This document shows positions 13,388-25,500 of a DNA stretch of 64,000 bases, piece by piece; positions within the stretch are counted from its first letter, which is position 1, and every line of letters starts with the position of its first letter. Under the pieces are notes generated by a model, which had not been told where the DNA came from, searched no databases, and saw nothing but the letters and a program-made list of their open reading frames with translations. The stretch spans positions 682,001 through 746,000 of the forward strand of contig MU057744.1 of the NCBI GenBank assembly GCA_013265495.1. The letters run 5' to 3'. The position numbers were made by a program, and so were the translations under genes. This DNA is from Vicugna vicugna (Eukaryota).

Positions 13388-13552
13388 CAGTGCTTTCCAA
13401 CAGAACTATAATGTGAGCTATATCTGCAATTAAAAACTTTATATATGTGCAACAATCACTATGCTGTACACCAGAAATTAACACAGCATTGTAAACCAAA
13501 TATACTTCAGGTTAAATATACTTCATAAAATAAAATATTTAAATAGCCACAG
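13388..13552 (+). mobile_element. MER3/MER33-like hAT fragment with a short L1 tail inserted (13441-13510)
   Basis: cagtgctttccaacagaactataatgtgagc...atttaaatagccac; the inner gctgtacaccagaaattaacacagcattgtaa is an L1 terminus. Confidence 0.45.
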
Positions 13553-13941
13553 GTAAAGCCAGAAAGAGAAAGGAAAATATCATATGATACAACTCATATG
13601 TGGAATCTTAAAAAAAAAAAGACACGAATGAATTTATTTACAAAACAGAAACAGACTCACAGACATAGAAAACAAACTTATGGTTACCAGGGGGGAAATG
13701 GAGTGGGAAGGGATAAAACAGGAGTTCGAGATTTGCAGATACTAACTACCACATATAAATAGGTAAACAAGAAGTTTCTTCTGTACAGCACAGGGAACTA
13801 TATTCAGTGTCTTGCAGTAGCCTATAATGGAAAAGAATATGAAAATGAATGTATGTATGTGTATGTATAACTGAAACACTATGTTGTACACAGAAACCGA
13901 CACAACACTATAAACTAACTATACTTCAATTTGAAAAAAAA
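13553..13941 (+). mobile_element. 5'-truncated camelid LINE-1 3' UTR
   Basis: agccagaaagagaaaggaaaatatcatatg...tggaatct...gagatttgcagatactaactacc...tatacttcaatttgaaaaaaaaa. Confidence 0.9.
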
Positions 13942-14099
13942 AGGAAGGGTCTCAGGGAAAAAACAGATTCCAATAATGATAATGACATTTTATATTACTT
14001 TATAGTCTACACTGTATTTTCACCTATATTAATCTGATCCTTTCGAAAGTCCATGGAGGTAGATATATGGTGTTTTCTCTTTATTTTATAGTCAACAAA

Positions 14100-14450
14100 A
14101 ACATTTCTTCAGTGCCTAAGCACGTGCCAGGCATGGTCCAGACATTTTCTTTTTTAATTTCCAAGAGAACACCCAGAGAGGCCGGCTGCATCTCTCCCAT
14201 TCACAGAGGTGGACATCTGAGGCTCTGGGAGGTCAAGGGACGGCCAAGGGCACAAACCAAGTAGGACCCAGCGCTGGGGGTTTGAACGCATCTCTGCCTC
14301 ACTCTGGGGCCTGAGCCCCTTTCTCTCTTTGCATCCTGTTTGTAAGTCCTGTTTTACAGATGTTGAAACGGAAGCCCAGAGAAGTCAACTAACTTTCTCA
14401 AGGTCACACAGCTACTAAGGGGCAAAGCAAGACATCCCGCCCAGACTTCC
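14100..14450 (-). mobile_element. Two adjacent MIR fragments
   Basis: cccattcacagaggtggacatctgaggct and ttttacagatgttgaaacggaagcccagagaagt...aaggtcacacagcta. Confidence 0.6.
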
Positions 14451-14893
14451 TTCAGTTTCCTGCGCCAGGGCTCAGTTCTCACGGTGCCCAAGCCACCTAC
14501 GGAAGGGCCCCCCCTCCTGCGGACACTCTGAAGTCCGTTCGGGCTCTGATGTGGTGGCTCACGTGAGGGGTCTTGGCGACGAGGCCCTCGCACAGGAAAT
14601 CCATCGAGCTGTTGAAGTGGAGCCAAGGAGAGGCCCGCGAGCTCAGAGCCGGCCTCGCAGGGGAGAAGCTTTGCGAAAATAAAAGCACAACTGCGTCCAC
14701 CGAATCATCTGATGCTCTGATTAAGAAGCATGAGTTGCCACACCATGTGACGGGCGGCTGTGCGCTCCCGCAGGGAGACCTGGCACCGGCTCCATCCCGG
14801 GGGCGGGGGGCGGAGGCCAGGCAGGATTACCAGGATCAAGTTTGGCTGATACTCTTCAGTTTTCACTTAATTTTAAATGCAATTTATGTTTTC

Positions 14894-15059
14894 TTCCTTT
14901 CTTCCTTCCTTTCTTCCTTCCTTCCTTTCTTTCTTTCTTTCTTTTTGGCGGAGGAGGTGATTAGGTTTATTTGTTTATTTAATGGAGGTACTGGGGGTTG
15001 AACCCAGGACCTCAGGCATGCTAAGCATGCGCTCTACCACTGAGCTATCCCCTCCCCCC
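14894..15059 (-). mobile_element. vic-1-type camelid tRNA-Ala-derived SINE with a (TTCC)/(TTTC) microsatellite tail
   Basis: Reverse complement reads ggggaggggatagctcagtggtagagcgcatgcttagcatg..gaggtcctgggttcaacccccagtacctcca. 19-bp TSD with 2 mismatches at 14875-14893 and 15060-15078. Confidence 0.9.
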
Positions 15060-15869
15060 AAACGCAATTTATATTTTCATTTAATTATCCGATTCAAAGA
15101 CTGCGCACTGTCCTGGAAGTCTTAGGCAGAAGAACAAGGAAGTCATTTGCCAAAATACTCAAATGTGCAGAAAACAGCCACCATCAGAGGACTCTAAGGG
15201 CACCGTGAGTTTTGCTTCAGAACCGGCTCAGGGCAGTGAGGACTTGAGGGGAGAGAAAGCAGCCCTTCAAGGACCGCCCCGCCCCCTCCCACTGGGCAGG
15301 GAACTCCAGCAAGGAGGCACCAGGTGGCCGTGAGCCCAGGGCAGCTACCTAGTGTCGATCTAAACCACAACAAGCAATGCTTGAGGTGCTGGAGGAGCTG
15401 CCTGGCTGGCCTGGGACCGCAGAGTCCTGGGTCTGCCTGGGCTCCAGCGCAGAGGCCTCCGCTCCAAGGGGTCTAAGGGAGCATGTGTCCTTGGAGACGC
15501 CTGGAGTGCCCCCAACACCCCCACCCTGACTGTGCTAGGAGTCGCCATGGCCTCTTTTCAAACAGCTTCTCAACCGAGATTCTGAGGCAACCACCAACCT
15601 AGACCCTGCATCCAGGACTGGTCAGAGTTAGTGCTCACTGCCTGCGAGTGGGACACAGACTGAGTCAGAGATCTGGAAGCCACTGCTCGTTAAGGATGAT
15701 GACAGTGGTGATGGCTCGTGCCCACCATTGGACTCCAGCCCCCAGCAGGGTGGTCCTGGAGGCAGAAGTCCAGGCCAGCAGCCCAGGGCAGGCATTCAGA
15801 CAGCCACATGGGCAGGACTTGTGAGTGAACGAATTCTGCAGAGCTCCATTCTCACCCTGAGCTGTGTTG

Positions 15870-15928
15870 GGTTTGTTTTTTTTTTAATTGAAATACAGTC
15901 AGTGTACAATGTTGTGTCAATTTCTGGT
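15870..15928 (-). mobile_element. Very short camelid L1 3' terminus
   Basis: ttttttaattgaaatacagtcagtgtacaatgttgtgtcaatttctggta. Confidence 0.75.
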
Positions 15929-15934
15929 ATTTTT

Positions 15935-16122
15935 TAATCACATTTTTAGCATTTAATTTTTAAAATTTTAAATTTTATTACATTATTTTTGGTTTGTGTT
16001 TTTTTGGGGGGGTTAAGTTTGTTTGTTTGTTTTTTGCTATTTTTTAATGGAGATGCTGGAGATTGAACCCAGGCCCTCGTTCATGCTGAGCACACGCTGC
16101 ACCACTGAGCTGTACCCTCCCC
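15935..16122 (-). mobile_element. vic-1-type SINE with a long A-rich tail
   Basis: attgaacccaggccctcgttcatgctgagcacacgctgcaccactgagctgtaccctcccc. Confidence 0.85.
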
Positions 16123-16869
16123 ACAGGAACAGGTTTTGTTACAAGGTCAACCCTGCCTGACAGCTTCATGCAGACTCATCTGAAAGGGACCTGACATCAG
16201 GGTTGCAAAGCTCAGCCCCAAACGACTTGTGCCAAGACCCTTTCAAATGCGTTCTCTAGCCTGACCGCTGGCACGTCTTCTGTCGCCCAGCTCAAATCCC
16301 CATCAGTGTGTCTAGTTTTTTTAAATCCAAGTCTTTACCCTGCCAGGCACTAGGAGAAGTATGATGTACACAGTGAAGAGCTGATGGAAAGGGGTCCCTA
16401 CACACGGGCTAGAGACCCCGCAGCCTGGAAGGGCCTACACTCCCAGGATGCCCCGTGTGCCCAGTGAGCCGGGAGGGAGGTGGTCGGCTGGACCCCAGGC
16501 TGGAAGAACCTCGTGTGGCCCAGAGTCCGAGCGGAGACCTCTGAGCTGCCGGCGCCACACTGCGAGAATGCTGCCGGGGCCTCAGTCAGTCAGTCCAAGG
16601 ACACCACGCTGGCCACCAGGTCCTGTGACTTGCGGTGTCAGAGACCGCTGCTGGCGGGAGGAAGTGATGCCAGCCCCCCCACCCCCCGCGGAGATCTGTG
16701 GTCACTGTGCTCAGAGTGATGCTTTCTGTTCTGCTTCACTGACATGTGCTCACATTTTCCTTTAAACTCAGAACATCCCATCGGGGGGGATAACATCTCC
16801 ACCACCCCACCCGCTCTCTCTCTCCCGTTCTCCCTTCCCCCACCACATTCTCTGTCACCCCGCCCTCTC

Positions 16870-17640
16870 CTTTTGTCAGTGTGAAATCCATACAGCACAC
16901 AGTGAATCACTTGAAAGCGCATGACTCAGTGGCATTTAGTGCCTTCACTCTTGTGCATTCATCATCTCTCTCTGGTTTCCAAGCTTTCTCATCACTCCAG
17001 AGCTCCCCGTGGGCACTAAGGGGTCACTCCCGTTTCCCTTCCCACAGGCCCTGGCAGAAACCCCTAATCTGCTTTCTGCCCCTGTAGATTTGCCTATTTT
17101 AGACATTTCGTATAAAGAAATCATACAACCTGCCACCCCTTTTGACTGGTTAACGTTCTGGGTTTTTTTCCCCCTGGAGGGAGAGGTAACTAGGTTTGTT
17201 TATTTATCCGTTTAGTGGAGGTACTGGGGATGGAACCCAGGACCTCGTGCATGCTAAGCACTTGCTCTACCCCTGAGCTATCCCCTCCCCCTATAACCTT
17301 CTGTTTCCGAGGTTCATCCAAGTTGGCACATATAACGGTACTTCATTCCTTTTAGGACTGAATAATATTCCATTGTGTGGGCATACCACAATTTGTTTAT
17401 CTACTTGTCCATTGATGGGCATTTGGGTGGTTTCCACCTTTTGGCTGCTGCGAATAATGCTGCTATAAACATTCATGCACAAATGTCCGTGCAGACATGC
17501 TTTCATTTCTCTGGGGTTTATACCCAGGAGTAGAATTACTGGGTCATATGATTACTCTGTGTTGAACATTTTAAGAAACTGCAAAACTGTTTTCCTCAGC
17601 GGCTGCACCAGTTTGCATTCCTACCAGCAGGGTAGGAGAG
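16870..17640 (-). mobile_element. L1MB-type LINE-1 3' region, interrupted by a SINE
   Basis: gactgaataatattccattgtgtgggcataccacaatttgtttatc..ttgtccattgatgggcatttgggtggtttccacc..aataatgctgctataaacattc. Confidence 0.85.
17165..17291 (-). mobile_element. vic-1-type SINE
   Basis: tggaggtactggggatggaacccaggacctcgtgcatgctaagcac..ctctacccctgagctatcccctcccc. TSD-like taacgttctg/taaccttctg. Confidence 0.9.
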
Positions 17641-18026
17641 TAACTCATTCTTTCATCTGATGAAACAAAACAGTCAAAACAATTGGCTCATCCTAAAACA
17701 CTGAGCCTGCCAAGGGCATCTGAAAAACCAACCATCTTTTGGAACAATGATTCACAAAGGGGCCGTGTTAACAGGTGAGCCTGGAACAAACCCGCCCAGC
17801 TGGTTCCCGGCTTCCCCTGAAGGGCCGAGCAAGATGGTCTCTCCCCTGCTTGAGGTGGAGAGCCTGCGCTGAAGTTGTTCTGCTCCTGGATTGACTCCCT
17901 GGTCATCTGCTCTCGTCCGCATTTTATTCTGGTCCATCAGCAGGTCAGCTTGGCTGAACACCCACTGAGCTGGTGGGAAGACATCTGGAAAAAGATGTCA
18001 GCAGTATTCAAGTAGCCTATTCTATA

Positions 18027-18115
18027 TTTTTGGTGATGGAGGGACTGGGGATTGAACCCAGGACCTCGTGCGTGCTAAGCATGTGCCCTACTACTGAGCT
18101 ATTACCACCACCCCC
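18027..18115 (-). mobile_element. vic-1-type SINE (short)
   Basis: ctggggattgaacccaggacctcgtgcgtgctaagcatgtgccctactactgagcta. Confidence 0.85.
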
Positions 18116-18539
18116 TGCAAAGAGCATATTCTAATGTAGACAAGTGTGAACCAAAGAGCAAAGGGATGGCATCTCAGAGCTGGAAAGGGCTGTGAGATCT
18201 CCACTCAACATCAGGCACAACGTTGGAGTTGAGGACACCGAGGACCCCCAGGCTCGGTGACCTACACCTGGCCAGACAGCAGCAGGAGAAGCCGTGGCGG
18301 GGAGCCAGGCCCCCCAGCGTGAGACCAGCCCTGCTCCGCTCTGCCTGGGTTCCCGGGCTTCCTGTCCAAAACGGCAAACCCAGCAGATGGTAAAGCGCAG
18401 ATTTCACCAAAAGCCCGCCCAGCTGTGCTCATCCTTCCCGTCCTGCAAAGGATTCAGCCTCCTCCAGGGCCGCACGCGTCCTGGTCGGGCGGTTTGCCTG
18501 GGTGAATGGGGTCAGCTTAGTGGAAGTGTCTGTGTCGAC

Positions 18540-18665
18540 AGGACAAGATTACAACATGGGGCAATCGTACGACCCAGCAATTTTACTCCTAGGTGTAAAC
18601 CCCAGAGGAACAAAAGCTTGTCTACACAGATGCTTGTGCACGTATTGACACATAAATGCATAAAA
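18540..18665 (+). mobile_element. Old LINE-1 fragment
   Basis: tacgacccagcaattttactcctaggtgtaaaccccagagga. Confidence 0.6.
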
Positions 18666-18951
18666 GTGAAAAAAAAATTCCTACCCAGACCGGCCAGACC
18701 CGGCTTTCTGGGGAGAAGATTTGTGCTTTTAACAGGTCTGAGCAGGAGGTTTGGGGAGCACACCACTCACTGTGAGCAAAATGACAAGGACGATTTCGCA
18801 GCACCCAGAGTTCTTGATCTTAGTGTTGATAATGCCTTGCGTTCAAGTGAGAACTCGAAGTCATCATGTTTGTGTGATATGTGGTTTGTGTTAGAGTCTG
18901 ACTGCCTTAGACTCTGAGGGTCTGATGATTTAGATTGTCACAGTCCATGAT

Positions 18952-18952
<1 letters not shown>

Positions 18953-18986
<34 letters not shown>
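18953..18986. repeat. (CA)17 microsatellite
   Basis: Perfect dinucleotide run. Confidence 0.97.
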
Positions 18987-18989
<3 letters not shown>

Positions 18990-19212
18990 CAGAGAGGTCC
19001 CCCACCTCTTTTAACCCAGATTATAGCAACTAATCTCACTGTTCTGTCCCGTGCTTTTAAAACAAACACAGATTTAAGTCACTTATCTAATCTGATACTA
19101 ATTATTAAGAAAAACACTCATGCAGTAGGATCTTTTTTTTTTTAAATCCTGGTTTCAGAGGGGAAGAAAGTGAGGTTTTCTGAGTCTGCTACTTGTTCAA
19201 AGTCATGAAACG

Positions 19213-19665
19213 AGTGATGGGTTAAACTGTGTCCCCTCCGAAAAAGGTTGTGTTGGGGTCCTAACCCTCAGGAGCTCGGGACGTGACCTTGTTTGGAGAC
19301 AGGGTCTTTACAGAAGTGATCGAGTTAAAATGAGGTCATTAGTCTTGGCTCTGATCCAGCACCACCCATGCGCTTATAAGAAATAGAGACGTGGATACAG
19401 ACTGACAGAGGGAGAGCAGCGTGCGAGGAGGAGGGCAGAGACGGGGAGGTGCTTCTGCAGAACAAGGAACCCCAAGGACGGTCAGTAAGCCACCGGGAGC
19501 GGGGGAGGGGCCTGGGGCAGGCTCTCTTCATGTCCCTCAGAGGCGCCAGCGCTGACGACACCCTGACCTTGGACTTCTAACCCTCAGAGCGGTGAGATGC
19601 GTCTCTGTCGTCAGGCGGTGCCCAGGTGTGGTCTGTGTGGCCCCAGGGTTACGATCTAGAACGTG
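19213..19665 (+). mobile_element. MLT1C-like ERVL-MaLR solo LTR
   Basis: tgatgggttaaactgtgtcccc...gtgaccttgtttggagacagggtcttt...ttaaaatgaggtcattag...gacaccctgaccttggacttcta. Confidence 0.8.
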
Positions 19666-19932
19666 GTGCAGCACGTGCATGTCAAGGGCTCGCAGAGCTC
19701 GCCCTCCTCACCCGTGTGAGCGGAACCGTGGGCAGTGGGAAGCGAGGGCCCTGGGGGGCAAACACCCCGAGTGCCAGCATCCTCCTGTCCCCCGGACAGG
19801 TCACACAGCCGCCAGGGCCTCGCTTGCTCCAGCCGTACAACTGAGATCACACCTTGCCCCCTAACAGACCAGGTGCCCGTGTGAGGCCCATTTTGGAGGG
19901 TTCTGTCTGGGAGAGGGTAGCTTGCTGGTAGG

Positions 19933-20098
19933 GTAGTGGTTCCTAAACTTGGTTCAGCCTGGGCAGCTTTTGAAATGTCCAGATTCCAGGGTCCCTCTCC
20001 CAGAGCCTACCATGATTCAGAGGTGCTACCATGTAATCCACACGGGACAAATGTTCTCCAGTGATTCGGATGGGCTGTCAGACGTGAGAGCTCCTGGG
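19933..20098 (+). mobile_element. MER5A-like hAT-Charlie MITE
   Basis: tagtggttcctaaacttgg...gaaatgtccagattccaggg...ctccagtgattc. Confidence 0.5.
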
Positions 20099-21063
20099 CT
20101 AATGAACACTGCCGTGTAAAAGAGGGCCGGCGAGGGCTTGGGGCCAGACACAAGGCAGGGCGGCTTGGAGTGGAGGCTCCCACCTGATCTGCAGGGTACT
20201 GAGCTACAGTTGACGACAGAATGCAAACGTCAAGTGTGTGGTGATGCCCGAGGCTGGTTCCTCGTAAGGCAATGAATGCTCTCGGTATGAGTGAAATGAT
20301 CCTGGTGTGTGCACGCGAGCAAGCACACACATACACACACACACACCACGTGCAGTCGAAGGGCTCTGCTACAGAGGAGCCTGGGAGTTCCTGTGAGCAG
20401 GTGAAGGAAGATCACGAGACACGACCCTGGAGAGCAGGGAGTTGCTGGCAGTGACTGCAGTTCTGGCTGGCGGGGCAGGGATGGTGGGCAGTGGGGGGCT
20501 GGGGACTGTCACTGCAGAGCACAAGTCACAGTAGGCGTTGCCATGCCAGAGCCCAGCCACCTTCAGGGCACGAGTGCATGGGATGCCAGCTGCGTGAGGG
20601 GTACAAAAGCAGAGCCCAGTGAAATACACTTAGGAAGAATTTCATCACCATGAAAGGACATGCCAGGCCTGGTGGCTACATGGGAGGAGTCGTGGGGTCA
20701 GAGAGGAGGGTCTGAGAGAGATCTGTGAGCAGGCCCTTCTGAACGGGGGCCCGGAGGACGGAGGCAGGTGAGTAGGGAGACCGGGGGCCTGGGATGGTCC
20801 GACAGAGCGGTTGGCCTAGGAGTCTGAGGCCAGGCAGGTTGTGTAGGGATGTGTAAACAGTGACTGCAAGAGACATCCTGATGTTTTAATCAAGGAAAAG
20901 GGTGTTTAATGTTGTCAGACACATCAGACATACTGAATTTCAGTGTTTGCTTTGGCATGAGTTGACTTGCTGACTCAGTCACTAGCAATCCACCACGTCT
21001 ACCAGGTACCATGCCGGAGTTCCAGCAAAGTGGATCTGGGCTCAACGTAAAGGGGATTAAGCA

Positions 21064-21925
21064 AAAGTCCAAAACAGCACATGAAAAAATGCTTAGTATC
21101 ACTAATCATCAGAGAAATGCAGACCAAAACTGCAATGAGATAGATGTCACCTCACACCAGTCAGAATGGCCATCATTCAAAAGTCCATGAATGATAAATG
21201 CTGGAGAGGGTGTGGGGAAAAGGGACCCCTCCTACAGTGCTGTGGGAATGGAGTTTGGTGCAGCCACTGTGGGAAATGGTGTGAAGATTCCTCAAAAACT
21301 AAAAATAGACTTACCATATGATCCAGGATTCCCACTCTTGGGCATATATTCAGAGGGAACTCTAATTTGAAAAGATACCTGCACCCCCATGTTCACAGCA
21401 GCACTGTTTACAATAGTCAGGGCATGGAAAAAACCTAAATGTCTATCAACAGATGACTGGATAAAGAGGTTGTGGTATATTTATACAATGGAATACTACT
21501 CAGCCATAAAAAGAATAAAATAATGCCGTTTGCTGCAACATGGATGGACCTGGAGATTGTCAGAAAGAGAAAGAAAAATACCATATCATATCACTCATGT
21601 GTGGAGACTAAAAAGAAAAAAGAACACTATGAACTCATTTACAAAACAGAAACAGATTCGCAGACAGTAAACAATCTTATGGTTACCAGGGAAAGGGGGT
21701 GGGAAGGGATAAATTTGGGAGTTTGAGATTTGCAAATGTTAACCACTATATATAAAAATAGATAAAAAACAAATTTCTTTGACATAACATTGTAAAATGA
21801 CTATAACTCAATAAAAAATGTTTTAAAAAAACCCAAATTTCTTTTGTACAGCACAGGGAACTGTATTCAATATCTTGTAATAACCTTTAATGAAAAAGAA
21901 TATGAAAACGAATATATGTATATAA
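21064..21925 (+). mobile_element. Camelid LINE-1 (ORF2 C-terminus and 3' UTR) with a nested micro-insertion
   Basis: catgaaaaaatgcttagtatcactaatcatcagagaaatgca...ataaatgctggagagggtgtgg...gcaacatggatggacctggagattgtc. Confidence 0.92.
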
Positions 21926-23499
21926 GCTTCTATCATATTCCCTCAATCTCTGTTTCAATTTTCCCAACACTTATGGAACAGCTACTTATGGACCAAGTCC
22001 TGTGCCAGCTCCCAGGAGAACAAGATGAATTAGGCACTGCCCCTGACCACAGGGACTTCCTGCTGATCGCTAAGGGGCCAGCTCCCAGTGTCGCCCTAGC
22101 CGGCTTGTGATTTTGAAGGGAGGACAGCAGGGCGCAGCGGCCACCCCACTCCTCCCAGGGGGCCCCTGTGACCTCTGTCCCCCACCACACAGAGGGCGCA
22201 GTGGCTTTGACAACTCTGTAATCTCAGCCACAAGAAGCAGCTCCACCGGTTGTCCCAGTGAAAGTCTGGCTTGTCCTGGAACCACCACCACTCTGCAACC
22301 TGGTGCCCTCTGATAAGGAGAGCTTTCCAGACAGCGCTCACAATTCCTGCCAACATCAGGCCTGAACGCAGGCTGACCTCCCCGGCCTGGGCTGAGCGCT
22401 GAGTGCAGGAAATGCCACAAAATGAAAACAGAGATGAGAACACAGCCACTCCCTGGGCCAAGATGATACGCTCACATGCACACTCGCTTCCACACGCCCT
22501 CTCTCTGGTGCTCTGAGCCAATCACTGATGTGATTCCATCCCAAATTTCTGGAAAAAGGAAGCTGTCCTGGGCACAGTGCACTGGGAAATAAACACGAGC
22601 GATTCCAGCAGCTCCGAGGAGAGGAGATGCGCAGGGCAGTGCAGGCTTTCCTCGGTGCTCGCTCCCGGACGCGCCCACGTGGAGTCTGTCCCAGCCTGAT
22701 CTCCGGCCCCCTGTCGCGGGAGCGGACCGTGAAGGCTCGGGTGTGCTGTGTTTAGAAAGTGAAAGCTTCAGGCGTCCTCAGCAGAGGCGACCAGTACCCT
22801 GCTGGTAGGCATCACCCCTGTGCCGAAAAGGCAGAGAGGTTCTGAAACGAGGCGAGTGTGGCAGTCTTTTTTGGGTTGCAGAAGAGGATACTAATAACAG
22901 AATCGCCAAAAATGCCCTGTGGTCCAGGCCTTGCCAGGAGGGCGTTCCAGGCACTGGCTGGTGGGATCCTCCCGCCACCTTCTGAAGGGATGATGGGCAC
23001 TGTCTCCACTTCACAGATGGGGAAAGCGAGCTTTAGTGAGATTAAGGCATTTGCTTCAATGTCACGTATCCCTGCCTCCTGCTGGTCCACCTCCTCCTGC
23101 TCGCAGGACCACCAGCCTTGTTCCCCGCGGGGGCAGGAGTGCAGGTGCCACAGAGGGAGAGACACAGAGACGCCCGCCAGGACAGCCCTGGCCCCGGAAT
23201 GCATGGAGCAGGGCAAAGTGCATTCATTCCTTCGTACTTGGCAACAAAATCTCCCCCCTCTTTCTTCTGTGACCCCCAGTGCACTCAGTTAAGATTATCC
23301 CACACCTCGGTTCCCTGGCACCCTGGCATCCATCCAAAGCTCATCTCTTGTTTTATTTTCTATTTTTCCCCTTTATCCCCCTTCCAGGTGTCCATTCTTA
23401 CCCCCATGTGGTTTGCACACTAGCACGTTTACGTACATGTCCTTAGAGACAGGTGTATCCCTGAATGTATGCTCATATGCACAAGTAGACGTATGTACA

Positions 23500-23960
23500 T
23501 GTACACCTGTAGTGCGTCATTCTGTATGTTTTTATGTTCTAGACGTGGTACCGTGCCGCTCATTTTATTCTGTGCTTTCTTGCAATAGGCTCTGGTTCTA
23601 AGTTCTACTCACACGAACGTTTGTCAACCTAGTTTATTACTTCAGATGGTGCAAAGTATACCACCCTCACCCCCTCGCTGTCCCTCCGGCGTGAGCGTGC
23701 ATGTGTAGGCAGGTGGGTACCGTCTGCTGATTGTCTGCTTGCGGGCGCTGATGGGTGTCCCACGAGCACAGGTTTTCATCGCAGCTGTGTTTTAGAGGAG
23801 ACCGCGCCAGACTGACAGGGCCAACAATGGGTTCTTAACAAATATTTGTCCAGTAAACAAATGAGTCTGCACCCATCACATTTTACTCTTTCTCTAGGGA
23901 GGACACCTGGGTGGTCTTTTATTTCCTGCTACCAGAAACACCATGTGATACAGAGTTGCT
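23500..23960 (-). mobile_element. Ancient L1ME-type fragment
   Basis: Degenerate L1 3'-UTR-like pattern. Confidence 0.35.
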
Positions 23961-24019
23961 GGGATGGAAAGTGTATTCACAGTAAACTTTCTCTTTTTTT
24001 TTGGCAATAATCATTTATT

Positions 24020-24268
24020 TATTCATTTTTTTAATTGAAGTTTACTCAGCTTACAATGTTTTGTCAATGTCTGGTGCACAGCATCATGTTTCAGTCAGAC
24101 ATATACATCCACAGATTTCTTTTCATATTCTTTTCATCATAGGTTTCTGTAAAATATTGAATATAGTTCCCTGTGCTGTACAGTAGGACCTTGTTCTTTA
24201 TCTATTTATATATATAATAGTGTCTGCGAATCTCAAACTCCCTATTTATCTCTTCCTACTCCCTTTCC
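24020..24268 (-). mobile_element. Camelid LINE-1 3' end
   Basis: tttaattgaagtttactcagcttacaatgttttgtcaatgtctggtgcacagc...aatatagttccctgtgctgtacagtagga. Confidence 0.88.
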
Positions 24269-24679
24269 ATTCCTTGTTTTTAGCATATATTCTGCCTAGG
24301 GGTCGTTCAGTCTGAATACCCCACAGGCAGATGGAAAGAAGGATATCTGTGTTCTTGGAGGCCCCATCTCCATCAGCTGTAAGTGAAATCTTTCCAAAAG
24401 GCACACGCATTCCTAGGCAGGTATACAGAACCTCAGGTTATATTTTTTATATTTATTTCCATCTGACAAGCATTTAGGGAGTCCCTGTTTTGTGCAAAGC
24501 TCTGGAATGGGGGTGTGTGAGGAGCAGACCCTGTTCTCAAAGCAGGTGGAGGGCAGGCAGGGAGGACCAGGCAAGATGAGGGAGGGTCTGGGCGGCCGGG
24601 TGCAGAGAGCATGAGGCCTCCTGGTCTGTTCGACAAATGACTGGGTGCAAGTTGGAGAGGAACAGGATACTTATAGTTT

Positions 24680-25200
24680 CATAGCTTCTCCCCACAGATG
24701 AAAACCGACATCGTCTGCCTCTTGGTGTGACACACTAAGAAGACATCACGTGGGTAGCATTTCCACCAAAAGAGCTGAACCTCCTCATGAGGAACCAATG
24801 AGACGGGCCCAGACGAGGGGCGTTCCACAGACTGCCACGATCCGACAGGAGAGACAGAGGAGCGATCCCAGCCTACAGCCTACAGTTAGTGTGTCCCGGC
24901 CACTGAAGGCAGCGCTGGATCCCAGAACAGGGAAAAGCCATTCTCAAAAGGACATCATTGGGTCAGTGGGTGAAATTTGAATATAGCCTGAATATTAGAT
25001 CCTGCATCGTATTAATGTTTAATTTCCTGAACATGACAATTGTATTGTGGTTATATAAGATAACGTCCTTGTTCTTAGAGGCAAAGGGCAAAATAATGCA
25101 ATTTAACTCTCAGATAGTTTAGGGAAAAAATAATAATGATAGCATGTATGTATACAGAGAGAAAAAGATAAGGCAAATGTGGAAATATTAACAATCAGCG
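24680..25200 (+). mobile_element. Ancient L1ME-type 3' UTR
   Basis: aaggacatcattggg..gtgaaatttgaata...taatttcctgaacatgacaattgtattgtggttatataagataacgtccttgttcttag. Confidence 0.6.
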
Positions 25201-25204
25201 CATT

Positions 25205-25500
25205 TGTGCTATTTGCAACAAGATGGGTAAACCTAGAAGGTGCTATGCTTAAGTCAGACAGAGAGAAGGAATATTCTATGTTATCACTTATTTGTGGAAC
25301 CTAAAAAATAAGACAAATGAATATAACGAAACAAAAACAGGCTCACAGATAAATAGAACAAACTAGTGGTACCGGTGGAAATAGGGAAGGGGGGAGGGGA
25401 TTAAGAGGTACAAACTACTCTGCATAAAACAGATAAGCAACAAGGACATATTGTACAGCACGGGGGAGAGATAGCCATTATTCTGTAATAACCTAAAAAC
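25205..25500 (+). mobile_element. Artiodactyl-type LINE-1 3' UTR fragment
   Basis: gcaacaagatgggtaaacctagaagg...ggggattaagaggtacaaactact...caaggacatattgtacagcac. Confidence 0.75.
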
